Assembly: GCA_029715105.1 (NCBI GenBank)
Contig: CP085695.1
Location: forward strand, 300,001-332,000
Source: Candidatus Saccharimonadota bacterium
Lineage (GTDB): Bacteria > Pseudomonadota > Alphaproteobacteria > Rickettsiales > Anaplasmataceae
Length of the DNA stretch: 32,000 bases
Reading direction: 5' to 3'
Shown: in pieces, positions 15,991-26,123 of the stretch
Layout: the number at the start of each line of letters is the position of its first letter
Numbering within the stretch: the stretch's first letter is position 1
Notes under the pieces: generated by a model
What the model saw: the letters and a program-made list of their open reading frames with translations, nothing else
Databases searched by the model: none
What the model was told of the DNA's origin: nothing
Made by a program: the position numbers and the translations under genes

Positions 15991-18054
15991 ATGTTCAAAA
16001 CACATTTAAAATCAGCGATATACTTGCTGTTTTTAATATACGTGTATATATCAGTTTTTAGTTATAATTACAAAGATCCATCTTTAAACACAATTACAAA
16101 TGAGGAAGTAACAAATTTAGGTGGAATAGTTGGTTCGTATTTAGCTGATATACTAATCCAGTTTTTTGGATTAGCTAGTGTTACAATAGTTACAACTATA
16201 ATTTATTTTCTAATTATTAGACCACCAAAACTGTTATTAAAAATTTTTTATTTAGTATTAATTAATTTAGGATTGTGCGCTATATTAGCTGAGCTTTTGC
16301 TTAATATTACTGCAAGATATATGCATGGCGGAATAATAGGAGATGCATTAATTAATAATTACCAGTTTATTTTTGCATTAACATTAATAGGTATTAACGG
16401 ATTAGTTGGGTGGAATAAAGTAATATGTTTTATATTTTTTTTATGTAAAAAAACAACAAGTTTTTTTGCGAGTATTTTATTTTTTGAATTTTATAATAGA
16501 ACCAATAAAAATTTTGGGGATGAAATTTATAAACAGCAATTAGAAAAAATAGAAAAGACTGAAAGGACCTTTAAGTCTTCTAATAGTTTTGAGTTTCCAA
16601 GTATTTGTTTACTTTCTAAAGCGAAAAAATCTTTGCTGATAAAGCAATTAAATAATATTGAAAATAATAAGAATTTATCTTTACTGAAACAAGTTTTGAA
16701 CGATTTTGATGTACGAGGGGAAATTATTAATGTATGTTATGGACCAGTTGTAACTTTATATAAACTTAAGTTACAAGCTGGCATGAAATCTGCGAAAGTA
16801 ATTTGCCTTTCAGATGATATTGCGCGCTCGATGAGCGTATTTTCTGCACGTATTTCAATAATACGTGGACAAAATGCTATAGGAATAGAGTTGCCAAATA
16901 AAGAAAGAGAGATTGTTATGCTGCGAGATTTATTTGAGTCACCAGAGTATCAAGATTTAAGTTTAGATCTTCCGATTGCACTTGGTAGGGAAATAAATGG
17001 TAAATCATTTATTGTTGATTTAGCTAAAATGCCACATTTGCTTATTGCTGGAACTACTGGATCTGGTAAATCAGTTGCAATCAATACTATGATTCTCTCA
17101 CTTGTTTATCGCTTGAATCCTGATAAATGTAAAATGGTAATGATTGATCCAAAGATGCTTGAGCTTTCGATATATGATAAGATACCACATCTTATAACAC
17201 CAGTAGTAACTGAATCAAAGAGAGCTGTTATTGTGCTTAAATGGATGGTAAAAGAGATGGAAAATCGTTATCGAATAATGTCGTGTTTAAATGTACGAAA
17301 TATAATTAGCTATAATCAAAAAGTTATAGAGAAAAGTGGGAAGAGATTGAAACACGTTGTACAAATTGGTTCTGATTTGATATCAAATAGATGTTTATCT
17401 GAAGGGTTATCGATTAAAATGAAAACGCTTCCGTATATTGTAGTAGTTATAGATGAAATAGCAGATTTAATGCTTATTGCTGGTAGGGAAATAGAACATG
17501 TTATTCAGCGTTTGACGCAAATGGCTAGGGCTGCAGGAATACATATTATAATGGCAACGCAGCGTCCATCTGTTGATATAATAACAGGTGTAATAAAGGC
17601 GAATTTTCCAACGAGAATTAGTTTTGCTGTAGCTTCTAAAATAGATAGTAGAATAATATTAGGTGAACATGGAGCTGAGCAATTACTTGGTATGGGTGAT
17701 ATGTTGTACGTGACACCTGGTAGTAAAATTACTAGAGTTCATGGTTCTTTTGTGAGTGATATTGAAGTGCGAGATATAGTTTATCATTTGAAGATGCAAG
17801 GTAATCCGGACTATATTGAAGAAATCACTAGAGAAAGTTTTTCTGCAGGTAGTACTGAAAACGAAGAGAAAAATGATTTATACAAACAAGCAGTAGCTAT
17901 TATTCAAAGTAATAAAAAAGTTTCAATTAGTTATATTCAACGACGGCTTAGAATAGGATATAATAAAGCTGCAAATATTATTGAAAGAATGGAAAAAGAA
18001 GGTATTGTCAGTACTCCAAATCTTTCTGGAAAAAGGGAGATATTAATAAAATAA
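15991..18054 (+). CDS. ftsK: DNA translocase FtsK
   Basis: The 687-aa ORF has an N-terminal multi-TM domain and a motor domain with Walker A GTTGSGKS, Walker B VVVIDEIADL and HIIMATQRPS. The C-terminal winged-helix gamma domain reads VSISYIQRRLRIGYNKAANIIERMEKEGIVS. Confidence 0.95.
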   Translation: MFKTHLKSAIYLLFLIYVYISVFSYNYKDPSLNTITNEEVTNLGGIVGSYLADILIQFFGLASVTIVTTIIYFLIIRPPKLLLKIFYLVLINLGLCAILAELLLNITARYMHGGIIGDALINNYQFIFALTLIGINGLVGWNKVICFIFFLCKKTTSFFASILFFEFYNRTNKNFGDEIYKQQLEKIEKTERTFKSSNSFEFPSICLLSKAKKSLLIKQLNNIENNKNLSLLKQVLNDFDVRGEIINVCYGPVVTLYKLKLQAGMKSAKVICLSDDIARSMSVFSARISIIRGQNAIGIELPNKEREIVMLRDLFESPEYQDLSLDLPIALGREINGKSFIVDLAKMPHLLIAGTTGSGKSVAINTMILSLVYRLNPDKCKMVMIDPKMLELSIYDKIPHLITPVVTESKRAVIVLKWMVKEMENRYRIMSCLNVRNIISYNQKVIEKSGKRLKHVVQIGSDLISNRCLSEGLSIKMKTLPYIVVVIDEIADLMLIAGREIEHVIQRLTQMARAAGIHIIMATQRPSVDIITGVIKANFPTRISFAVASKIDSRIILGEHGAEQLLGMGDMLYVTPGSKITRVHGSFVSDIEVRDIVYHLKMQGNPDYIEEITRESFSAGSTENEEKNDLYKQAVAIIQSNKKVSISYIQRRLRIGYNKAANIIERMEKEGIVSTPNLSGKREILIK

Positions 18055-18275
18055 AAATTTTGATGATTTTGTACAGCGAGATGAGTTTTTATTTATTTTG
18101 TATAGAAAATTTTAGAGGTATTTTTGTTTTGAGGTAGATAATTAACATCAGATTTCATTTTGTTCATTAATACTAATATCTATTTTAATTGTTTTTAAGT
18201 TGAAATATTAAATCAAGGTAAATTGATTTTATTATTATTACAGTCTATATTGTAGATAGTTTAAAATAAGAATAA

Positions 18276-20900
18276 ATGAAATTAAATGAAATTAGAGAAA
18301 GATTTATAAAATTTTTTATAAAAAATAGGCATGAAAGGGTTTTTTCTTCTCCATTGGTTCCAGATAATGATTTAACGCTTATGTTTACAAATGCTGGTAT
18401 GGTTCAATTTAAAAATATTTTTACTGGTTTACAAAAAACTGGAATGAAACGTGTTGTTTCAAGTCAAAAATGTTTAAGAGTAGGCGGTAAGCATAATGAC
18501 CTTGAAAAGGTTGGTTATACAACTAGACATCATACGTTTTTTGAGATGCTTGGAAACTTTAGCTTTGGTGATTATTTTAAAGAAACTGCAATAGAATTTG
18601 CATGGAAATTTATTACTGAAGAATTGTTTCTTGATAAAAACAGGTTATTGGTAACTGTTTATCATACTGATGATGAGTCATATAAGATATGGCGTAAAAT
18701 AAGTGGTTTTTCAGATGATAAAATTATCAGGATTGCAACAGATGATAATTTTTGGAATATGGGTAGCGCTGGTCCATGTGGTCCATGCTCTGAAATTTTT
18801 TATGATCATGCAAATCCTAATCTGCAAGATAGTGATAGAATTGTTGAAATTTGGAATTTAGTATTTATAGAGTTTAAGAAAGATGAAGGAGGCAATTTGC
18901 AGAAATTGCCGAAAGAATGCATTGATACTGGGATGGGTCTTGAGAGAATAACGGCTATCATGCAAAATGTTTATGATAATTATGATATTGATTTATTTTC
19001 TGCTTTAATAAAAAAATCACAAGAAATTTGTGGAAATGTAGCTAATAAAGTAGCTCATAAAATTATTTCAGATCATCTTCGTGCAGCTTCATTTTTAATT
19101 GCAGAGGGAATACTTCCTGGAAATGAAGGTAGGAATTATGTATTACGGAGATTAATAAGAAGAGCTGCACGTTATGTTCATCTACTTGGATATAATGATT
19201 CTTTACTTTATCGTATCTTTCCAACTTTGATAGATAGTTCGAGTTCGGCTTATATGGGAGATGTTTATCCTGAACTTGTTATGGCTAAGAATTCAATAGA
19301 AATGGTGTTAAAATCAGAAGAAGAAAATTTTAAAGATGTTTTAATAAGGGGTACAAAATTTTTTGAAAAATTTATTGAAGATTTAAATCCAGGTGATACT
19401 TTATTAGGAGAATTAGCTTTTAAATTACATGATACTTATGGGTTTCCTTTAGAAATCACACTTGATATTTTAAAAGAAAGAGGAATTATTTTTGATAAAA
19501 TAGGATTTGATAATGCGATGGAAGAGCAAAAGAAAAGAGCGCGCATTAAAAGATCTGGATATAGCGGAAAGTCTGCTTTTATTAAACAAGTATGGTCTGA
19601 TTTTGTTGATAAATTTAAAACAGAATTTGTAGGTTATGAGTTTAGTGAGATAAGAGATGCAAGGGTGGTAGCCATAATTTCTCTTGAAAACGAAATAATT
19701 AATTTCGCTAAAGAAGGAGAAAGAGTAAATGTTATTTTAGACAAAACTCCTTTTTATGGTGAATCAGGTGGGCAAGTTGGAGATATTGGAAGTTTTATTG
19801 TTTCTTCTATTTTTCAAGAATTGAATAATGAAATTCAAAAGAGTGTAGTTATAGTAGAAGATACAAATAAAATTAATGATATTTATTTGCATAGGTGCGT
19901 GATTAAATCAGGTTCTCTTTATGAAAATGATATAGTTATAGCTAGCGTTAATAAAAAGAGAAGAAAAGAAATAAGAAGAAATCATTCAGCTGCGCATCTT
20001 TTACATTTTGCGTTGAGAAAGGTTTTAGGTAATCATGTTAGCCAAAAAGGTTCTTTAGTTACACCAGATAAGTTGAGATTTGATTTTAATTGTAATATTC
20101 AAATTACTCAAAATCATGTGTTTATGATAGAAGATATAGTAAATTCTTTAATTAGAAGGAATTTTCTCACATCAGTAAAAATTCAGAATTTAAATCAAGC
20201 AATAGATGAAGGTGCTATAGCATTATTTAATGAAAAATATGGTAATCAAGTAAGAGTGGTGAAAATTGGAGATTCAAAAGAGTTATGTATTGGTACTCAT
20301 GTAGAGTGTACTGGAGAAATTGGTTTTTTTAAAATAGTAACAAAATGTTCTATTGCATCTGGAATAAAAAGAGTAGAAGCTTTGACAGGTCAGAAAGCAA
20401 TTAATTACATACGTAATAATGAAATTTATTTAAAAGAAATTGCAGAATCTATAAAGGTACCATCAAATAAAATAATAAACCAGCTCAATATTTTATACAA
20501 AGAGCGCAGAGAGTCCGAATACAAAATGAAAAATCTTTATAAAAGGCTTATAAATATTGAAAACGTAAGAAATATTAAAATAAATCAAGTGACTTTTATA
20601 AGTCATGCTTTTAATGATATTCCAGTTAATATAATAAGAGAATTTGTTACTCAACAAGAAAAATTGAAAACTGTGATAGCTTTTACAACAGTAAAAAAAA
20701 ATAAAACAGTATTAATTGTTAAAGTGAGTAAAGATTTAACTGATAAGATCAGTGCAAAAGAATTAGTATCTGTTGTTGTAGATGATGGGAAAAACGCTGG
20801 AAGTGTTGAACTTGCTCAAATGAGTTGCTGCAGTAGCAATGGTAATGTTATTGCATCTATTTACAGTTTTTTATTTAAAAAGATAACATCTTCTTTTTAA
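18276..20900 (+). CDS. alaS: Alanine--tRNA ligase
   Basis: The 874-aa ORF carries class II AlaRS motifs [45 protein letters not shown] and WNLVFIEF. The editing-domain segment is [12 protein letters not shown]...CIGTHV. Confidence 0.96.
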   Translation: MKLNEIRERFIKFFIKNRHERVFSSPLVPDNDLTLMFTNAGMVQFKNIFTGLQKTGMKRVVSSQKCLRVGGKHNDLEKVGYTTRHHTFFEMLGNFSFGDYFKETAIEFAWKFITEELFLDKNRLLVTVYHTDDESYKIWRKISGFSDDKIIRIATDDNFWNMGSAGPCGPCSEIFYDHANPNLQDSDRIVEIWNLVFIEFKKDEGGNLQKLPKECIDTGMGLERITAIMQNVYDNYDIDLFSALIKKSQEICGNVANKVAHKIISDHLRAASFLIAEGILPGNEGRNYVLRRLIRRAARYVHLLGYNDSLLYRIFPTLIDSSSSAYMGDVYPELVMAKNSIEMVLKSEEENFKDVLIRGTKFFEKFIEDLNPGDTLLGELAFKLHDTYGFPLEITLDILKERGIIFDKIGFDNAMEEQKKRARIKRSGYSGKSAFIKQVWSDFVDKFKTEFVGYEFSEIRDARVVAIISLENEIINFAKEGERVNVILDKTPFYGESGGQVGDIGSFIVSSIFQELNNEIQKSVVIVEDTNKINDIYLHRCVIKSGSLYENDIVIASVNKKRRKEIRRNHSAAHLLHFALRKVLGNHVSQKGSLVTPDKLRFDFNCNIQITQNHVFMIEDIVNSLIRRNFLTSVKIQNLNQAIDEGAIALFNEKYGNQVRVVKIGDSKELCIGTHVECTGEIGFFKIVTKCSIASGIKRVEALTGQKAINYIRNNEIYLKEIAESIKVPSNKIINQLNILYKERRESEYKMKNLYKRLINIENVRNIKINQVTFISHAFNDIPVNIIREFVTQQEKLKTVIAFTTVKKNKTVLIVKVSKDLTDKISAKELVSVVVDDGKNAGSVELAQMSCCSSNGNVIASIYSFLFKKITSSF

Positions 20901-20993
20901 TTAAAAATGTATAATTTATTATATAACTTTTATGTTTTTGCCTATATAAAGTGATTTTATTTAACATGTTTAAAACATATTCATTTTGAGCTC

Positions 20994-21028
20994 ACTTCAA
21001 AGATTTTTAATTGAAAAATCTTTGAAGT
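20994..21028. terminator. Perfect 15-bp stem-loop between convergent alaS and ileS (candidate bidirectional terminator)
   Basis: ACTTCAAAGATTTTT (20994-21008), loop AATTG, AAAAATCTTTGAAGT (21014-21028). The arms are exact reverse complements. There is no strong U-run directly after the stem on either strand. Confidence 0.4.
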
Positions 21029-21136
21029 AATAAGTTATCTTTTGTATTTTATTTTAAGTTTTGGATTTTTATTTTTCTTTATAATTTTTGAAAAATTTAT
21101 GAGTTTAATTGAAATTTTTGATAATGGTGAAAAATT

Positions 21137-24100
21137 TTAATGGTTTGGTTTATTAATACCAATAATTAAGTTTTGGTATTTTTTAAAATAAAAATTTTCT
21201 CCAACTTCTACATTTGTCTTTAAAGATAATGCAAGAGTTTGTTTTTTTATGTATTCAGTCCATAAATTTACCGCTTCTTTAATTTTATTATCTTTTGTTC
21301 TAATTATAATATTGATTTTATCAGATATATGAAAATTAACTTGTTTTCTAGTTTCTTGAATAAATCTTACAATATCCCTTGCAAGTCCTTCTAAAATTAA
21401 TTCGTTGTTTAGTTCAGTATTAAGGATAACGATTCCTTTATTATTATCAAACACAGAGGAATATTTGCTATTTGCTTTTAATAAAATTTCATATTCACCT
21501 TCATTTATAAGATAACCTTCTATATTATCCCCTAAAAATATTTGTTTGTCTTTAGTTTGCTTCCATTTTCCTTCTTTGGTGTATTGAACTAATTTTTTGA
21601 TTTTATTTGGAATTTTTCTTCCTAAAATAAAAAGGTTTAGTTTTAATTCTAATGATGCGATATCTTTAAAATCGTTTACTAATTCTATTTTTTTTACATT
21701 CACTTCATTTTTAATTATTTCTTGATATTCATTTAAATTTGTAGTGTGACAATTTTCGGTATTATTTGTTTGCTGAGTAGTATGTGATTTTGAATTGGTA
21801 GAAAGCTTATTAGAAAAATTATCACAGAAAGATTGATGATAAATTATCATTTTATGAAGTGGTTGTCTAATGCGTATATTAAAAGTATTTCTTATAGAAA
21901 GTGCAGAATTACATATTTTTCTTACTAAATCCATCCTAGTAATAAGTTTGCTATCAAACTTTTCTATTTGTGGAAAGCTGGTCAAATGAACAGATGTTTT
22001 TTTGTATTTTAATCCTTGCCATATAGTTTCTGTTATAAACGGTAATAATGGAGCTGCAGCCCGTAATATATAATAAAAAATTATATATAGCACATTATAA
22101 GCATCAGTTTTATCTTGATCTAGATCATTTTTCCAAAAGCGTTCGCGGTTACGCCGAATATACCAATTATTTAATATTTCGAAAAAATCTACTAAAATTT
22201 TGCAAGCCATTTGAGAATTATAGTTATTCATAGAGATTTGGATATTTTTTATAGATTCGAAGCATTTAGAAACCATATAACGATCAATAATATTTTGATA
22301 AGGCGATTTACAGATCTTAGCCTTAATTCCATCCGCATTTGCATACATAGTAAAAAAATGATAGCTATTCCAAATAGGTTTTATTACATTTTTTAAAACA
22401 TCTCGTATTAAGTTTCCGTTTTTATCAAGCATCAAGTTACCGCCTTGAGTGATAGATCCAGAAAGCATAAGAAAACGTAATGCATCAGAACCATATTTAT
22501 TGAAAATTATCATTGGATCTGAATAGTTATTTAAACGTTTAGATAGTTTTTGTCCATTTGTATCGAGAATAACGCCATGGCATACACAATTCTTAAATGG
22601 CTCGCTATCAAATAAAGCAGTAGACAATACAAAAAGTGTATAAAACCATCCTCTAGTTTGAGCTATATACTCAGTAATAAAATCTGCAGGAAAATTGTTT
22701 TCAAACCATTCTTTATTTTTAAAAGGATAGTGAACTTGGGCAAATGGAACTGAACCGGACTCAAACCAACAGTCGAATATATCAGGTATACGACGCATAA
22801 TTGACTTTCCTGTTGGGTCATTGGGATTTGGCCTTGTCAAGGCATCAATAAACGGTCTATGTAAGTCATTTATTTTAACATTAAAATCTTTCTCCAGCTC
22901 TGCTATAGAGCCATATACATCTATTCTAGGATATCTTATGTCATCTGACTTCCATATTGGAATAGGTGTGCCCCAAAAGCGATTACGCGAAATTGACCAA
23001 TCATGCACTCCTTCAAGCCATTTTCCGAATTGACCATCCTTTATATGATCTGGTATCCAATTGACTTTTTTATTTAACTCTATCATCCTATTTTTAAATT
23101 TTGTTACAGCGATATACCAAGAAGACATAGTACGGTAAATCAATGGAGTATCAGTTCTCCAACAGTGTGGATAGTTATGAACATATTGTTCAGCTTTAAT
23201 CCAAATACCTCGTTCTTTTAACTTTTTTATTATTATATCGTTAGCATCAAAAACATGAACTCCAGCTAAGTCTAAAACTTCACTGGTAAACTTACCTCTA
23301 TTATCGATTGGACAAATAGCAGGAATATTATGATTCTTGCAAAGATAAAAATCTTCTTCACCAAATCCAGGAGCAGTATGTACGATACCAGTACCACATT
23401 CCGCTGTAACATAATCCGCGATGAAAACACGGAATGCATTTCTTACATTTTGGAAATAAGAAAATAATGGTTTATACGTAAGGTTTACAAGATCATTTGC
23501 TTTAAGTTGTATATCATAATTCTCATATAAGATGTTGCTTTGTTTACAGTAACCCATAAATTTTTCTAAATAGTTTTCGGAAAAAATATAGATTTCGTTA
23601 TTTATTAGCACTACACAATAATCGATATCTTTTCCTATTGCCAACGCTAAATTGCTAGGTAGCGTCCATGGAGTTGTAGTCCAAGCTAGTAGATTACATT
23701 TTTGTTTTAATTTTTTTGGGTTTTCTAAGAGCTCAAATGCGACAGTTACAGTTTTACTGGTTCTTTTTCTATATGCATTATCTAGTTTTGTTTCAAAGTT
23801 AGATATCGGTGTTTCACATGCCCAACTATAAGGAACTACACGAATTGATTCATATACTAGACCTTTATCATAAAGTTGTTTAAACGCCCACATAACTGAT
23901 TCCATAAATGATTTATCCATAGTTTTATAGTTGTTATGAAAATCTACCCATCTTGCTTGTCTATTTATATATTTTTCCCATTCTGAAGTAAATTTCATTA
24001 CAGAAGCACGACAATAATCATTGAACTTTTTGATACCGAATTTTTCTATTTCAATCTTCCCAGATATTCCAAGTTCTTTTTCTGCGCTCATTTCAGCTGG

Positions 24101-24376
24101 AAGTCCATGACAATCCCAACCAAATCCACGTTTAACTCTTTTCTGTAGCATAGTTTGGTATCTTGCAAATGTATCTTTGATGAATCCAGTGAGTAAGTGT
24201 CCATAATGTGGTAATCCATTTGCAAATGGTGGACCATCATAAAAAACAAAACAATTAAATTTAGAACACTTTTCAAGTGAACGTTCAAAAATTTTATTTT
24301 TTTGCCAATACTTTATAATTTCATCTTCTAACGATACAAAATCGGGGTTATTTGTTGTATCAGAATAGTATTTCAT
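21137..24376 (-). CDS. ileS: Isoleucine--tRNA ligase (long, type 2 / eukaryote-like form)
   Basis: The 1079-aa ORF has a HIGH motif PHYGHLL, a KMSKS-equivalent KLSKRL, the CP1 editing segment WTTTPWTLPSN, and no C-terminal zinc-finger cysteine cluster. The type 2 assignment is inference from these features. Confidence 0.95.
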   Translation of the reverse strand: MKYYSDTTNNPDFVSLEDEIIKYWQKNKIFERSLEKCSKFNCFVFYDGPPFANGLPHYGHLLTGFIKDTFARYQTMLQKRVKRGFGWDCHGLPAEMSAEKELGISGKIEIEKFGIKKFNDYCRASVMKFTSEWEKYINRQARWVDFHNNYKTMDKSFMESVMWAFKQLYDKGLVYESIRVVPYSWACETPISNFETKLDNAYRKRTSKTVTVAFELLENPKKLKQKCNLLAWTTTPWTLPSNLALAIGKDIDYCVVLINNEIYIFSENYLEKFMGYCKQSNILYENYDIQLKANDLVNLTYKPLFSYFQNVRNAFRVFIADYVTAECGTGIVHTAPGFGEEDFYLCKNHNIPAICPIDNRGKFTSEVLDLAGVHVFDANDIIIKKLKERGIWIKAEQYVHNYPHCWRTDTPLIYRTMSSWYIAVTKFKNRMIELNKKVNWIPDHIKDGQFGKWLEGVHDWSISRNRFWGTPIPIWKSDDIRYPRIDVYGSIAELEKDFNVKINDLHRPFIDALTRPNPNDPTGKSIMRRIPDIFDCWFESGSVPFAQVHYPFKNKEWFENNFPADFITEYIAQTRGWFYTLFVLSTALFDSEPFKNCVCHGVILDTNGQKLSKRLNNYSDPMIIFNKYGSDALRFLMLSGSITQGGNLMLDKNGNLIRDVLKNVIKPIWNSYHFFTMYANADGIKAKICKSPYQNIIDRYMVSKCFESIKNIQISMNNYNSQMACKILVDFFEILNNWYIRRNRERFWKNDLDQDKTDAYNVLYIIFYYILRAAAPLLPFITETIWQGLKYKKTSVHLTSFPQIEKFDSKLITRMDLVRKICNSALSIRNTFNIRIRQPLHKMIIYHQSFCDNFSNKLSTNSKSHTTQQTNNTENCHTTNLNEYQEIIKNEVNVKKIELVNDFKDIASLELKLNLFILGRKIPNKIKKLVQYTKEGKWKQTKDKQIFLGDNIEGYLINEGEYEILLKANSKYSSVFDNNKGIVILNTELNNELILEGLARDIVRFIQETRKQVNFHISDKINIIIRTKDNKIKEAVNLWTEYIKKQTLALSLKTNVEVGENFYFKKYQNLIIGINKPNH

Positions 24377-24440
24377 TTTATATTTATGTTTTACTTTTTA
24401 AAAGAGATAATATATACACCTTTTTTTAAAAAATTGCAAA

Positions 24441-25766
24441 TCAAGGTATTACTACTCCTGATAAACTATTTTTTCTAGCTTGTAATATTTTAACGTTTGT
24501 TATTTTATTTTTATATTTATTTTCAGGATCATCAATGCAAACTGATTGCATATACGGGCTTTTACCAATAATTTGATTTTGATATTTGCTCTTTTTTTTG
24601 TCAAATAGAACAGGAATAATTTTACCTATTGTATTTTGATTAAATTTAACTTGTTGTGTGTTAATAAGTTTTTGTAAACGAATAAGACGTTCTGTTTTAA
24701 TTTCTTCTGGTATTTGATCTTTCCTTTCAGCTCCTGGTGTTCCTGGCCTTGGACTATATTTAAAACTATAAGCGTGAATATATTTTACTTTTTTTATTAA
24801 TTTTATAGTTTCCTTAAAATCTTCTTCAGTTTCTCCTGGAAAACCAACGATAAAATCAGAAGAAAATTCAATTTCAGGTTTTAATTTGTGTAGTCTATCT
24901 ATTATTTCTAAATATTCTTTTATAGTATGTTTTCTATTCATTAGATATAATATTTTATCAGAACCTGATTGTACCGGTAGATGAATAAATGGCATGAGTT
25001 TAGGTTCTTTTGCATGTGCTAAGTATAAAGATTCATGCATGTCTCGTGGATGAGAAGTTGTATAACGAATTCTTTCTAATTTTTCAATTTTAGCGATATG
25101 ATTGATTAATTTACCTAAATCCCATATTTTTCCTTTATATTCTCCATGATAAGCATTAACATTTTGACCGAGTAAATTAATTTCTTTTGCTCCATTTTCA
25201 ACTAATTTCATTGCTTCATAAAATATTTCATTTACTGGACGTGAATATTCAGTTCCACGAGTATAAGGTACAACGCAAAACGTACAAAATTTGTTACAAC
25301 CTTCTTGTATAGAAAGAAATGCAGAAGATCCTTGATTATTGCCATAGCATTCGTTTGGTAATTTATCGAATTTTGGAACTTCTGGAAAATCTATGTTTAT
25401 TATGCGACCCTTGTTTCTGTTTATTTTTATTATTAATTCTGGTAAAGTTGCGATACTCTGAGTACCAATAACAATATCTACAAACGGAGCTCTTTTAAAT
25501 ACTTCATTACCTTCTGCCTGTGCCACGCATCCAGCTACTACTATAGTGATTTCTTTATCTTTTTTTAATAGGTGAATCTTTCCAAGTTCTGAATAGAGCT
25601 TCTCTACTGCTTTTTCTCTAATGTGACAAGTATTTAATATTACTAAATCAGCTTCTTTTATATTATTAACAACATTAAATCCAAGAGGTTTAATTATATT
25701 TTCTATCAAAACAGACTCATAAATATTCATCTGACATCCGTAAGTTTTGATGTATAAATTTTTCAT
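24441..25766 (-). CDS. miaB: tRNA-2-methylthio-N6-dimethylallyladenosine synthase
   Basis: The 441-aa ORF has an N-terminal UPF0004 cysteine pattern (TYGCQMN...NTCHIREKA...GC), a radical SAM motif CNKFCTFCVVPYTRG, and a C-terminal TRAM-like region. Confidence 0.93.
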   Translation of the reverse strand: MKNLYIKTYGCQMNIYESVLIENIIKPLGFNVVNNIKEADLVILNTCHIREKAVEKLYSELGKIHLLKKDKEITIVVAGCVAQAEGNEVFKRAPFVDIVIGTQSIATLPELIIKINRNKGRIINIDFPEVPKFDKLPNECYGNNQGSSAFLSIQEGCNKFCTFCVVPYTRGTEYSRPVNEIFYEAMKLVENGAKEINLLGQNVNAYHGEYKGKIWDLGKLINHIAKIEKLERIRYTTSHPRDMHESLYLAHAKEPKLMPFIHLPVQSGSDKILYLMNRKHTIKEYLEIIDRLHKLKPEIEFSSDFIVGFPGETEEDFKETIKLIKKVKYIHAYSFKYSPRPGTPGAERKDQIPEEIKTERLIRLQKLINTQQVKFNQNTIGKIIPVLFDKKKSKYQNQIIGKSPYMQSVCIDDPENKYKNKITNVKILQARKNSLSGVVIP

Positions 25767-26123
25767 TTTCTATTAAAAATTATATAAAATTAATTCGGTA
25801 CAACTAATTAAAGCTAGAAGTTATATTCTATCATTTAAGATAACTATTAAACTAAAATTTAGTATTATTTATGATAATAGTTATTAGTATTTTATGTTAT
25901 TTTATTATAAATATCAACTGTTTGATCAGTTGTGAACAAGTTAAAGGAGTTTTTGATATTTTGATAAAATTGCATTTTATAAAAAATTATTTAAAATTAT
26001 AAATATGTGAGAACAATAAATTATAAAAGAAAATTTTATGTTTAAATTTGTATGAAAGTTGCCAATGTTTTATTTAATAAATCTTTTTAAGAGATTGTTA
26101 AATCTATTATTTTATTTAAATGA

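Noticed and set aside
22048-24288. ORFs 22048-22233 (+), 22211-22396 (+), 22821-23033 (+) and 24088-24288 (-), all inside ileS
   Set aside because: All lie inside the well-supported 1079-aa IleRS frame and carry no motifs. The last is an alternative frame on the same strand.
25871-26002. 43-codon ORF (MIIVISILCYFIININCLISCEQVKGVFDILIKLHFIKNYLKL) in the miaB-murA divergent spacer
   Set aside because: Its composition is what random A/T-rich sequence encodes. It sits where the divergent promoters are expected, and nothing supports it.
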